Positions 55,712 through 64,000 of a stretch of DNA of 64,000 nt are shown here, one piece after another. Made by a program: the position numbers and the translations under genes. Numbering within the stretch: position 1 is the stretch's first letter; each line of letters begins with the position of its first letter. Source of the stretch: an uncultured bacterium (lineage in GTDB: Bacteria > Desulfobacterota > Deferrimicrobia > Deferrimicrobiales > Deferrimicrobiaceae); the NCBI GenBank assembly GCA_963829245.1, contig CAWHIM010000037.1, positions 211,862 to 275,861 of the forward strand, written 5' to 3'. The notes under the pieces were generated by a model. The model was not told the origin of the DNA. It saw only the letters and a program-made list of their open reading frames with translations, and made no database searches.

Positions 55712-56859
55712 GTTTGTACGCGTTCCTGCTCATCCTTTGTTTCGCCGTCGCGGCCGGGGCTGCCGAACCTGTCAAGATCGGGGTCGTCCTTCCGTTTACC
55801 GGACCGGTGGCCTCCGACGGGGGAAGGACATTCAACGGCATCCAGCTTGCCGTGTCGGAGATCAATGCCAAGGGAGGCGTAACGATCGGAGGCAAGAAGA
55901 GCCCCATTGAGATCATCAAGGAGGACAGCACGTGCAATCCGCGGCTCTCTGTCGCCGCCACGGAAAAACTGATGACGCGCGACATGGTATCGGCCGTCAT
56001 CGGTGATTTCTGCAGCACGTCGACCTTGGCCGACGCCGAGGTGGCGAAACGGAGCGAGGTGTCCTTGATTACCCCGATATCGATCGCTCCTTCGATCACC
56101 AAACAAGGGAACATCTGGGTTTTCCGGACGGCGGACAGCTCCGACATGATGGCCCTCGCATTCGTGGACTACGCGGTGAAGAGCCTCGGAATCAAGCGCT
56201 GGGCATTCCTGGCGCGCAACGACGACTACGGGCGGGGGAGCGTGGAGTCGATGAGCCCGCTGATAAAGAAAGCGGGCGGATCCGTAGCGGCCGTAGAGTA
56301 CCACCCGCAGGGGGCGACGGACTACTACACGCTACTGACCAAGATCCGGAGCACCAAGCCCGACGGCATAGCGCTTATCGCCAACTCCGCGGAGCACTCG
56401 GTGGCCGTCAACCAGATGGCGGAACTGGGGATGACCAGGGAGGTCAAACTGCTCGATCCTACCAGCGCCTACTTTAATCCCGACTTTCTCCGGCTCACGG
56501 GAAAAAACTCCGACGGGATGGTAGGGCCAACGCGGTACGTTGACGTAATCGACACCCCGGCGAACAAGAAGTTCGTCAAGGAATACCAGGCGGCCCACAA
56601 GGAGAACCCGGACAAGTTTGCACAGAGCGGCTACGAGACCGTCCACATCCTCGCGCAGGCGATCGCGCGGGCCAACGGGACCACCCCAAAGGCAGTCAGG
56701 GATGCGTTGACCAAGACGAAATACAAGGGAATCCAGGGACGGGAGTATCATTTCGATGCCACCAACCAGTTGGTCATCGATGAGTACATCGTCCAGGTAA
56801 AGGGTGGCGTCTACAATGTCCTCGGCAAGGTGTCAGGCGAGGCTGTCACCGGTCAATAA
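55699..56859 (+). CDS. LivK/LivJ-type periplasmic substrate-binding protein
   Basis: MRKVGLYAFLLILCFAVAAGAAEPVKIGVVLPFTGPVASDGG... is typical of type-1 periplasmic binding proteins. An alternative start lies at 55681. Confidence 0.85.
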   Translation: MRKVGLYAFLLILCFAVAAGAAEPVKIGVVLPFTGPVASDGGRTFNGIQLAVSEINAKGGVTIGGKKSPIEIIKEDSTCNPRLSVAATEKLMTRDMVSAVIGDFCSTSTLADAEVAKRSEVSLITPISIAPSITKQGNIWVFRTADSSDMMALAFVDYAVKSLGIKRWAFLARNDDYGRGSVESMSPLIKKAGGSVAAVEYHPQGATDYYTLLTKIRSTKPDGIALIANSAEHSVAVNQMAELGMTREVKLLDPTSAYFNPDFLRLTGKNSDGMVGPTRYVDVIDTPANKKFVKEYQAAHKENPDKFAQSGYETVHILAQAIARANGTTPKAVRDALTKTKYKGIQGREYHFDATNQLVIDEYIVQVKGGVYNVLGKVSGEAVTGQ

Positions 56860-56960
56860 TCGCTCCAAGGATCCGGGCACATCGAAAGGGGTGCCCGGAT
56901 CCGCTCCTTGAACTCCGCCGTCCCGCGGTCATGGGAGGGATCTTCCTTTCGCCTTCCTCG

Positions 56961-58016
56961 CTATTCTTTCGGCAAGGACGCCAAGTCGATGACGAAGCGG
57001 TATTTGACGTCGCTCCGGAGCATCCGCTCATATGCCTCATTGATCTTCTGGATCGGGATCTGCTCGATGTCGGACACGATGCCGCGCTCCCCGCAGAAAT
57101 CGAGCATCTCCTGCGTCTCCCGGATCCCGCCGATCAGCGAACCGGCAAGCTGCCGACGCCCGAAGATCAGGCTGCCGACGTTGGGCGACGGGTGCGGCAG
57201 TGCGGGGACGCCGAGCATGCACATCGTGCCGTCGCGCCGGAGCAGGTTGAGGAACGCGTCGAGATCGTGCGGCGCGGCCACCGTGTTCAGGAGGAAGTCG
57301 AACCGGTTCGCCTGCTTCCTCATCTCGTCGGAGTTCTTCGATATGACCACTTCGTGGGCCCCCAGCCGCTTCGCGTCGTCGGCCTTGCCCGGAGAGGTCG
57401 TGAACAGCACCACGTTCGCACCGAACGCGTTGGCAAGCTTGACCGCCATGTGCCCCAGCCCCCCGAGGCCGACCACCCCAACCGTGTCTCCCTTCCCGAC
57501 CTTCCAGTGCCGCAGCGGGGAGTACGTCGTGATGCCCGCGCACAGGAGCGGGGCAACCGCGGGGAGATCGAGGTTCGTCGGCACCCGCAGGACGAACCTC
57601 TCGTCGACGACGATGCAGCCCGAGTAGCCGCCGTAGGTCATCCCGCCCGTGTGGCGGTCGGGGCTGTTGTAGGTGAAGATGATCTCGTTGCGGCAGTACT
57701 GTTCTTCCCCTTCCATGCAGTCGGGACAGCGCCGGCACGAGTCGACCATGCAGCCGACCGCGGCCAGGTCGCCACGCATGAACCCTTTCACCCCGGAGCC
57801 CACCTGCGACACCCGCCCGACGATCTCGTGGCCCGGCACGACGGGGTAGGTCGTTCCCTTCCACTCGTTCCGCGCGATATGCAGGTCGGAGTGGCATACT
57901 CCGCAGTGGAGAATCTCGATCCGGACGTCGTTCTCCCCCGGTTCCCTGCGTTCGAAACGGAAGGGGTCCAGCGGTGCCGTCGCGCCTTTGGCGGCGTATC
58001 CCACCGTCTTGGTCAT
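56961..58016 (-). CDS. zinc-dependent NAD(P) alcohol dehydrogenase (cinnamyl-ADH/MDR family)
   Basis: GVCHSDLH zinc site, structural zinc CRRCPDCMEGEEQYC, and Rossmann motif VGVVGLGGLGH. Confidence 0.9.
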   Translation of the reverse strand: MTKTVGYAAKGATAPLDPFRFERREPGENDVRIEILHCGVCHSDLHIARNEWKGTTYPVVPGHEIVGRVSQVGSGVKGFMRGDLAAVGCMVDSCRRCPDCMEGEEQYCRNEIIFTYNSPDRHTGGMTYGGYSGCIVVDERFVLRVPTNLDLPAVAPLLCAGITTYSPLRHWKVGKGDTVGVVGLGGLGHMAVKLANAFGANVVLFTTSPGKADDAKRLGAHEVVISKNSDEMRKQANRFDFLLNTVAAPHDLDAFLNLLRRDGTMCMLGVPALPHPSPNVGSLIFGRRQLAGSLIGGIRETQEMLDFCGERGIVSDIEQIPIQKINEAYERMLRSDVKYRFVIDLASLPKE

Positions 58017-58126
58017 TGCCGTTCCCCCTCCCTCTCGCGGATGATTCAATATCGATGCTCCGCCGGCGGGAACCGTTTCAGGGAGCTCCACATGCTACGA
58101 GCGCCTTTATATCCTATTGGAACCAT

Positions 58127-58621
58127 TCAGCCTTTTTTTAGTTTGGCGACGGCTCCTTCCACGCCTTTTTTCAATTCGTCGAGGGCCGCTTCCGCGCCGC
58201 TCCGAAGATCCTCCCATGCTTCCCCGCCCGTCCTCTTCAGTTCCTCCAGTTTTATCCTTGCCGTTTCCTGGCTGGCGCGCAGGCCTTCGATCTGCTCCAG
58301 GTATTTTCCCTTGGCATCCGCGCCCAACTTGTCGGCCTTCTTTCGGATCTTTTCGATCTCTTCACCCCATCCGTTGAGCGTGGATTCGATCTGCTCCAGG
58401 TAATGTTCCCTGGATCCGGTCACGGGCTCCTCGTATGCCAACACCCGGATCAGGCCGATCGTTTCCCCCGAGTTCCCCGTCGTGGAAGAATCGCTGATGG
58501 AGATTACTTTCCTGATCCCCCGGGATGCGATGAAGTCGCTGATCTCTTTGTCCAGTTCGTCCAATTCATGACGGGTATGAAAGATCTGAAGTTGGGTGGT
58601 AAAGGATTTCACCTTGATCAT
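58127..58621 (-). CDS. hypothetical protein (Cse60-like N-terminal domain plus coiled-coil)
   Basis: 164 aa. MIKVKSFTTQLQIFHTRHELDELDKEISDFI..., then a K/E-rich helical region. Confidence 0.5.
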   Translation of the reverse strand: MIKVKSFTTQLQIFHTRHELDELDKEISDFIASRGIRKVISISDSSTTGNSGETIGLIRVLAYEEPVTGSREHYLEQIESTLNGWGEEIEKIRKKADKLGADAKGKYLEQIEGLRASQETARIKLEELKRTGGEAWEDLRSGAEAALDELKKGVEGAVAKLKKG

Positions 58622-58918
58622 GGCGGAAGGTTCCCCCTTTCCCTCGTTGCAGCCCTCATGGTTCGAAGCCGGTGTGCGGGGAAAAGTTTCGGTCAGGAGG
58701 ACCGGGGCATTACCCCTGCCGGCGGGTCGTCAGCAGCCTGCGGCAACCTGCGTCCTTTCCAATACATCAAAACACGTACCGAAACGGCGGTGCCGCCGGG
58801 CGCGGGAGGAGGGGGCGCACGATGATCGGCTTGCCATGCAAACCCCTTGTGCGCAGGAAGATGCGCCGCCCCGTCCACGGCGGGAAGGCGGCATAAAAGG
58901 GAAGAGCGGGGAGGACGC

Positions 58919-61834
58919 ATGGGGACGGATTCCGGCCAGGATGTTGTAAAAGCAAAGGGGCAGGAGATCTTCCGGCTCATGGGGGAGGCAAGGCCGGCCC
59001 TCTTCGACAGGGGGTGGTGGGCGGGCCGGATGATGGAACGGGTGATGCGGGACACGTCGCTCAAGGTCCCGCTGTTCCGTTTCGTGGACGTCCTCCCCGC
59101 CTTGAACGATCGCCACCAGATCGCGAGGCACGCAAGGGAATATTTCGCGGACGGAACGTCGCCGCTCCCATGGTTCGTGAATTTCCTTCCGTCCTACCTG
59201 GTGAAGATGGGCGTTACCCGTTTTTCCAGGATCTTCATCGCCGGGGAGACCCCCCGGTCGGCCCTTAAAAGCCTCCGGCGACTGCGCGACGAGGGGAAAC
59301 CTTTCACCGCCGACATCCTGGGGGAGGCGGTGGTCTCCGAAGCGGAGGCGGAACGGTACAGGGACCTTTACCTGCTGCTGGTGGACACGCTCTCCAGGGA
59401 GGTATCCGGCTGGCCCCCGATCGACCCGCATTTGGAGCCGTCCTTCCCGCGCCTGCACATTTCGGTGAAGATCAGCTCCCTGTATTCCCGCATCGGACCG
59501 GCCAATCACGAGGACAGCGTCCGGGAGGTTCGTCGGAGGCTGCTGCCCATCCTCGCCAAGGTCCGGGAAGCGGACGGGTTCGTGAACCTCGACATGGAAA
59601 CATACGACCTGAAGGAGATCACGCTCGACGTCCTGAAGGAGACCCTGGACGATTCCGGGTTCCGCGGATGGGACCACGCCGGGGTCGCCCTCCAGGCGTA
59701 TCTGAAATGTGCGGAGCGGGATCTGCGGCGGCTGATCGGCTGGGCGAAGGAGGGAAACCGGCGCATCACGGTCCGCCTGGTGAAGGGGGCCTACCGGGAA
59801 TACGAAACCATTGTGGCTCGGCAAAAAGGGCGGGAGAACCCCGTGTTCCCCCGGAAAGCGCACACCGACGCGAATTTCGAGCGGTGCGTGGAGATCGCCC
59901 TGGAAAACCACGAGCACGTGACGCTTGCCGTCGGCTCGCACAATGTGCGGTCGATCGCCAAGGCGCTGGCGACGGCGGAGAGGCTCAAGGTTCCTCGAGA
60001 GCGGTACGAGTTCCAGATGCTCTACGGCATGGGGGAACCGATCAAGCGCGCGCTCATGACGATGGGGTTTCCGGTACGCGAATACGCCCCGATCGGGGAG
60101 CTTCTGCCCGGAATGGCGTACCTGGTGCGGCGCCTGCTGGAAAACGCCTCGAACGAAGGGTTCCTCCAGAGGGCGTTTCATGGCCATGTTCCTCCGGAAG
60201 ACCTCCTCGCGGAGCCGGAACGCTTTGCGGAAGCGCCGCGCGACAGGGAGGCGGAAGAGGTAAAGCCGTTTTCCAACGAGCCGGTCGCCGATTTCACGAT
60301 CAGGGAATCCCGTACAGCCTTCCGCGATTCCCTCACGGAGGCGGGAAACCGGATGCGGGAAAGTTATCCCGCTGTCATCGGCGGAAAGGAGTACCGGCAG
60401 GGGGAACCGATCGTCTCCGTCGACCCGGCCCGCCCGCGGGAAGTCGTGGGGACAGTCTGCGGCATTACGCGGGAGCTCGTCGATCACGCGGTGCGGGCCG
60501 CCCGCGAGGCGCAAAAAGGATGGTCGCGACGTTCCCCCGGGGACCGGGCGGCGGTCCTGTTCCGTGCCGCTTCCGCGGCGCGCCGGCGGAGAGGGGAGCT
60601 CGCGGCATGGCAGGTGCGCGAAGTCGGGAAGAGCTGGCTGGAGGCGGACGCCGACGTGGCCGAAGCCATCGACTACCTGGAATACTACGGCCGGGAGATG
60701 ATCCGCCTGGGCAAGGGCGCACGGTTGGGCGACTGCCCCGGGGAAGAGAATATCTACCTGTACCGTCCGCGGGGCGTGGGCCTCGTCATCGCGCCGTGGA
60801 ATTTCCCCCTCGCCATTTCGGTCGGGATGGCCTCCGCGGCGCTGGTCACCGGGAACGCCGTCCTCTACAAGCCATCGAGCCTCTCTCCCGTCAACGGCTG
60901 GCTCGCGTTCTCCCTGCTGCGGGAAGGCGGGGCGCCCGACGGCGCTCTGAATTTCATCCCCGGAAAGGGTGACTCCATGGGGGATCGCCTCGTCGGCCAT
61001 CCGGAGGTCGATTTCATCCTCTTCACCGGGTCCCGGGCCGTGGGCCTGCGGATCGTGGAGAAGGCTGGACGGACCCGGGGGGGACAGAAGTCGGTCAAGC
61101 GGGCCGTCGTGGAGATGGGGGGCAAGAACGCGATCCTGATCGATGCCGATGCCGACCTGGATCAGGCGATTCCGGCGGTCATCTCCTCCGCGTTCGGGTA
61201 CCAGGGACAGAAATGCTCCGCCTGCTCCAGGGTGATCGTCCACGCGGATTGCTACGACCGCTTCCTGGCCCGGCTGTGCGAGGCGGTCAATGGGCTGACG
61301 GTCGGACCGCCGGAGGACCCCTCCAACGGGATCGGGCCCGTAATCGACGCCGCCGCGAAGGAGAGGATCCAGGCGATCATCGAACTCGGGAGGCGGGAGG
61401 GGAAGGTGGCCGCGGAAATCCCGGTCCCCGGCGAAGGGTATTACGTATCCCCGACGGTCCTCACGGATCTTCCCCCGGATTCGAAGATCTTGAGGGAGGA
61501 AATTTTCGGACCGGTGCTCGCCGTCATCCGTGCCGGAGATATCGAGGAGGCCGTAGGCCTGGCGAACTCCTCCGACTATGCATTGACGGGAGGCCTTTTC
61601 TCCAGGAGTCCGGCGACGATCCGGCGCGTCGGGGAGACGTTCGATGTCGGCAACCTTTACATCAACCGTGGAATCACGGGCGCGGTCGTGGGCCGACAGC
61701 CGTTTGGAGGATTCCGGATGTCGGGCGTCGGCTCCAAGGCGGGTGGGCCCGATTATCTCCTGCAGTTCATGGAACCGAGGGTCATCACGGAAAACACGAT
61801 GCGAAGGGGGTTTTCCCCCGACGTCCTGCCTTGA
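58919..61834 (+). CDS. putA: bifunctional proline dehydrogenase / L-glutamate-gamma-semialdehyde dehydrogenase
   Basis: About 971 aa. The PRODH barrel ends with YEFQMLYGMGEP...YAPIGELLPGMAYLVRRLLEN. The ALDH domain has EMGGKNA and GQKCSACSRV with the catalytic Cys. Confidence 0.9.
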   Translation: MGTDSGQDVVKAKGQEIFRLMGEARPALFDRGWWAGRMMERVMRDTSLKVPLFRFVDVLPALNDRHQIARHAREYFADGTSPLPWFVNFLPSYLVKMGVTRFSRIFIAGETPRSALKSLRRLRDEGKPFTADILGEAVVSEAEAERYRDLYLLLVDTLSREVSGWPPIDPHLEPSFPRLHISVKISSLYSRIGPANHEDSVREVRRRLLPILAKVREADGFVNLDMETYDLKEITLDVLKETLDDSGFRGWDHAGVALQAYLKCAERDLRRLIGWAKEGNRRITVRLVKGAYREYETIVARQKGRENPVFPRKAHTDANFERCVEIALENHEHVTLAVGSHNVRSIAKALATAERLKVPRERYEFQMLYGMGEPIKRALMTMGFPVREYAPIGELLPGMAYLVRRLLENASNEGFLQRAFHGHVPPEDLLAEPERFAEAPRDREAEEVKPFSNEPVADFTIRESRTAFRDSLTEAGNRMRESYPAVIGGKEYRQGEPIVSVDPARPREVVGTVCGITRELVDHAVRAAREAQKGWSRRSPGDRAAVLFRAASAARRRRGELAAWQVREVGKSWLEADADVAEAIDYLEYYGREMIRLGKGARLGDCPGEENIYLYRPRGVGLVIAPWNFPLAISVGMASAALVTGNAVLYKPSSLSPVNGWLAFSLLREGGAPDGALNFIPGKGDSMGDRLVGHPEVDFILFTGSRAVGLRIVEKAGRTRGGQKSVKRAVVEMGGKNAILIDADADLDQAIPAVISSAFGYQGQKCSACSRVIVHADCYDRFLARLCEAVNGLTVGPPEDPSNGIGPVIDAAAKERIQAIIELGRREGKVAAEIPVPGEGYYVSPTVLTDLPPDSKILREEIFGPVLAVIRAGDIEEAVGLANSSDYALTGGLFSRSPATIRRVGETFDVGNLYINRGITGAVVGRQPFGGFRMSGVGSKAGGPDYLLQFMEPRVITENTMRRGFSPDVLP

Positions 61835-62737
61835 TCAGCGTTCGAGATCAAGATGCGCCCGGATCGCCTCGATCGTAGGGATCGCGGCACGTCCCCCCAT
61901 TCCGCGGCAGGAGAGGCCGGCGGCGGTGTTGGCGAAGGCGAGGATCTCCCGGAAGGGAAGACCTTCGAGGAGTGCGTACAGGAAGCCGGCGTGGAAGACG
62001 TCCCCGGCACCCGTGGTGTCCACCGCCTCTATGCGGATGGAAGGCGAGAAGATCTCATCCCGGCCGGCGCATCCGAACGCCCCGCGGGGGCCGAGCGTCA
62101 CCGTGGAGGTCCTGGGTGCATAACGGCGCCGGATTTCCCTGGCGCCATCTTCCGCGGAGACCCCGGGTAGGAGCAAGCCCGGGAAGTGTCCGGCGGCCAC
62201 GATGTGATCGCACAGGGACAGAAGTTCCAGCGTCCCGTCCTGCACCTTTTCCGCGTCGAGAACGACCGGGACGCCCGCGGTCCGGGCGGTCCTCGCAGCG
62301 ATAATCGCCGGGGGGACGTCGTGACCGTCGAGAAGGAGCGCCCGTGCCCGCCGGATGTCGTCAAGCGGCAGGTCATCCGGTGTTACCCGGATCCGCGGAT
62401 CCCGGTCCCACAGGATGGTCCGCTCGCCCGTTTCCTTTTCCACGAGAATCACCGCGAACTGGGAAGAGGCGCCGGGAACCGTCCGGACGTGGGAGAGGTC
62501 GACTCCCTCCCGCGAAAGGAGCAGGGATGAAAGCCGTCCGTGCTCGTCGTCTCCCACATTCCCGACATATTTGCACCGGCACCCCCAACGGGATAGCGCC
62601 ACCAGGGCGGTTGCCACCTGGCCTCCTCCCTCTCGCGCGAATGCGGACATCCGCAACTTCTCGCCCGGCACCGGGAACCTCGGCAGACCCACGAGGTAAT
62701 CGACCGCGTTGAGTCCGATCCCGACGACGTCGAACAT
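61835..62737 (-). CDS. PfkB-family sugar/nucleoside kinase
   Basis: MFDVVGIGLNAVDYLV..., GGGQVATA, and the C-terminal DTTGAGDVFHAGF motif. Confidence 0.8.
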   Translation of the reverse strand: MFDVVGIGLNAVDYLVGLPRFPVPGEKLRMSAFAREGGGQVATALVALSRWGCRCKYVGNVGDDEHGRLSSLLLSREGVDLSHVRTVPGASSQFAVILVEKETGERTILWDRDPRIRVTPDDLPLDDIRRARALLLDGHDVPPAIIAARTARTAGVPVVLDAEKVQDGTLELLSLCDHIVAAGHFPGLLLPGVSAEDGAREIRRRYAPRTSTVTLGPRGAFGCAGRDEIFSPSIRIEAVDTTGAGDVFHAGFLYALLEGLPFREILAFANTAAGLSCRGMGGRAAIPTIEAIRAHLDLER

Positions 62738-62894
62738 CGGTCGCCTCCGTTCCTCCACCCGGATCACCCACCTGCACGGACGAAAACCCCATGCGAGCAA
62801 CCACCATGCCGGTGGGCAGTTCCGTCAACTCCCGGGTCGGCGCATCCGAAGGGAAAGGAGAATTACCGGTATGACATCCTTCTTTTCCACGTCC

Positions 62895-63887
62895 TCAAAC
62901 CGTGACGACGATTTTTCCGTTCTGCTGGTTGGATTCCATGTAGCGGTGGGCATCGACGATGCTTTCGAGCGGGCGGAAGATCCGGTCGATGACCGGCCAG
63001 AGCGCCCCCGACTTCAGCCCGTCGAAGATATATTTCCTCGCCCGTTCCATGCGCTCGGGTACCGACACGATCTCGAACAGGGTGTACCCACGCAGGCTCA
63101 AGCCTTTCTGCATCGCCACGATCAGCGGGAAGGGGGTGGGCTCCATGCTCAGGAGGCCGTACAGGAAGATGGTGGCCTCCCGCGCGGCGGCGGCGGCCAG
63201 GGTCTCCACGGAAGGTCCGGCGACCGCGTCGAAGATCAGGTCGGCCCCGCGTCCTTCCGTGATCTCCATGACTCGCGCCGCGAGGTCCTCTTTTTCGGTG
63301 ATGATCACGTGATCGGCACCGCCCCGTCGCAGCATCTCCGCTTTTTCCGGTTTCCGTGTGGTGGCGATCGAGACGCCCCCGGCGGCGTGGACAACCTGGA
63401 TGGTGGAGTAGCCGACGCTGCTGCTGGCCGCGGTGATCAGCACGTGTTGTCCCTTCCGGAGTCCGCCGTGCTCGATAAGGGCGCCGTAGGCGGTCAGGTA
63501 CGCCACCCAGATGGAGGCCCCTTCCTCGAACGAGAGGTTTCCCGGGAACGACGATACGGCGTCGGACGGGACGACGACGGAATCCCCGTAGACGCCGTAC
63601 TTCCCCATGGAAAAGGCGGGAAGCGTGTTGACCCGGTCCCCGACCTTGAAGCCGGTGACCCCCGCCCCGACGGCCTCGACGGTACCCGCCGCCTCGTACC
63701 CGAGCCGGGAAGGAAAGTTGGGTGCATCGAGATAGATTCCTTGCCGAAAGAGGGATTCCGCCCGGTTCAGCCCGATGGCCTTGACGGCGATCCGGACCTC
63801 GCCTTGCCCGGGCGGCGAAGGCGCCACTTCCTCGATCCGGAGCACCTCGGGCCCGCCGGTCTGGTGAAATCGGACGATCCTCGCCAT
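62895..63887 (-). CDS. NADPH:quinone oxidoreductase (zeta-crystallin-like MDR)
   Basis: 330 aa. RFHQTGGPEVLRIEEV, VRIAVKAIGLNRAE, and AASSSVGYSTIQV. It lacks the zinc ligands of classical ADHs. Confidence 0.85.
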   Translation of the reverse strand: MARIVRFHQTGGPEVLRIEEVAPSPPGQGEVRIAVKAIGLNRAESLFRQGIYLDAPNFPSRLGYEAAGTVEAVGAGVTGFKVGDRVNTLPAFSMGKYGVYGDSVVVPSDAVSSFPGNLSFEEGASIWVAYLTAYGALIEHGGLRKGQHVLITAASSSVGYSTIQVVHAAGGVSIATTRKPEKAEMLRRGGADHVIITEKEDLAARVMEITEGRGADLIFDAVAGPSVETLAAAAAREATIFLYGLLSMEPTPFPLIVAMQKGLSLRGYTLFEIVSVPERMERARKYIFDGLKSGALWPVIDRIFRPLESIVDAHRYMESNQQNGKIVVTV

Positions 63888-64000
63888 CGTTCGCTCCTTT
63901 CCGCGATTTGCGCCACCTGATAGATACCTGTATCAGTTCGAAGCCCGCCGTCGGGTCAAAGTTTCGCGCCGGAGAGGAAGAGGGCTCGTGGAATCGGCCA

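Noticed and set aside
58730-61243. An 837-aa ORF on the minus strand, the longest ORF after putA.
   Set aside because: It lies entirely antisense to putA, which has unmistakable PRODH and ALDH motifs. Its own translation is an R/P/G-rich low-complexity string, typical of shadow ORFs in high-GC DNA. The same reasoning removes 597-2123(+), 1792-2784(-), 3014-4183(-), 4204-5361(-), 8481-10031(-), 20160-21119(-), 21388-23091(+), 21695-23221(-), 25378-26685(-), 43372-44661(+), 48019-49392(+), 56931-58403(+), 62709-63920(+) and similar ORFs.
1-64000. A search for CRISPR arrays, tRNA/rRNA genes and large direct or inverted repeats.
   Set aside because: I found no regularly spaced 25-40 nt direct repeats, no cloverleaf-compatible T-arm (GGTTCGAATCC-like) context, and no rRNA-like conserved blocks. 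The only tandem repeats are the (GGAGT)4 microsatellite and codon-level K/A repeats inside 38451-38696.

Overview
High-GC bacterial chromosomal segment with strong third-position GC. It looks Gram-negative (OprB-type porin, lipobox lipoproteins, multihaem cytochrome) and probably comes from an anaerobic or microaerophilic, selenoprotein-using lineage. I support about 60 protein-coding genes; I found no rRNA, tRNA or CRISPR array.

Contents in order:
- A CoA-dependent C5-dicarboxylate (itaconate-type) catabolic cluster (2.1-7.3 kb).
- A minus-strand operon ending in a UGSC-motif selenoprotein (8.2-11.2 kb).
- A multiply frameshifted ggt and a frameshifted aldo/keto reductase (12-15.3 kb).
- Small stress-type genes and an OprB porin (15.7-18.9 kb).
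- An AT-richer patch with a PLD-nuclease-like gene and an IS3 transposase remnant (18.9-20.1 kb).
- An Fe3+-type ABC importer (20.3-24.1 kb).
- An AT-rich gap followed by an octahaem cytochrome c lipoprotein (24.1-26.8 kb).
- An EamA transporter and cysteine synthase.
- An AddB/AddA-like nuclease-helicase pair carrying frameshifts (29.5-35.5 kb).
- A group of small secreted proteins, including a signal-peptide-bearing proteasome-beta/HslV-like Ntn hydrolase (35.8-38.7 kb).
- A putative sulfur/selenium-trafficking island (39.8-47.9 kb): a selenocysteine-rhodanese::di-iron fusion, a frameshifted FAD oxidoreductase, a CoA-disulfide-reductase-rhodanese, and three tandem lysine-less GcvH-like proteins.
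- An aminotransferase.
- An IclR-controlled amidase/nitrilase plus Liv-type ABC locus (49.4-56.9 kb).
- A Zn-ADH, putA, a PfkB kinase and a quinone oxidoreductase.

The most interesting signals are:
- Two in-frame TGA codons, each followed by a hairpin of identical architecture. I read these as selenocysteine plus SECIS.
- The GcvH-like triplet.
- The secreted Thr1-type hydrolase.

Frameshifts are concentrated in five genes; this is either real gene decay or local assembly error. All functional calls come from reading the translations by eye; no database search was possible.
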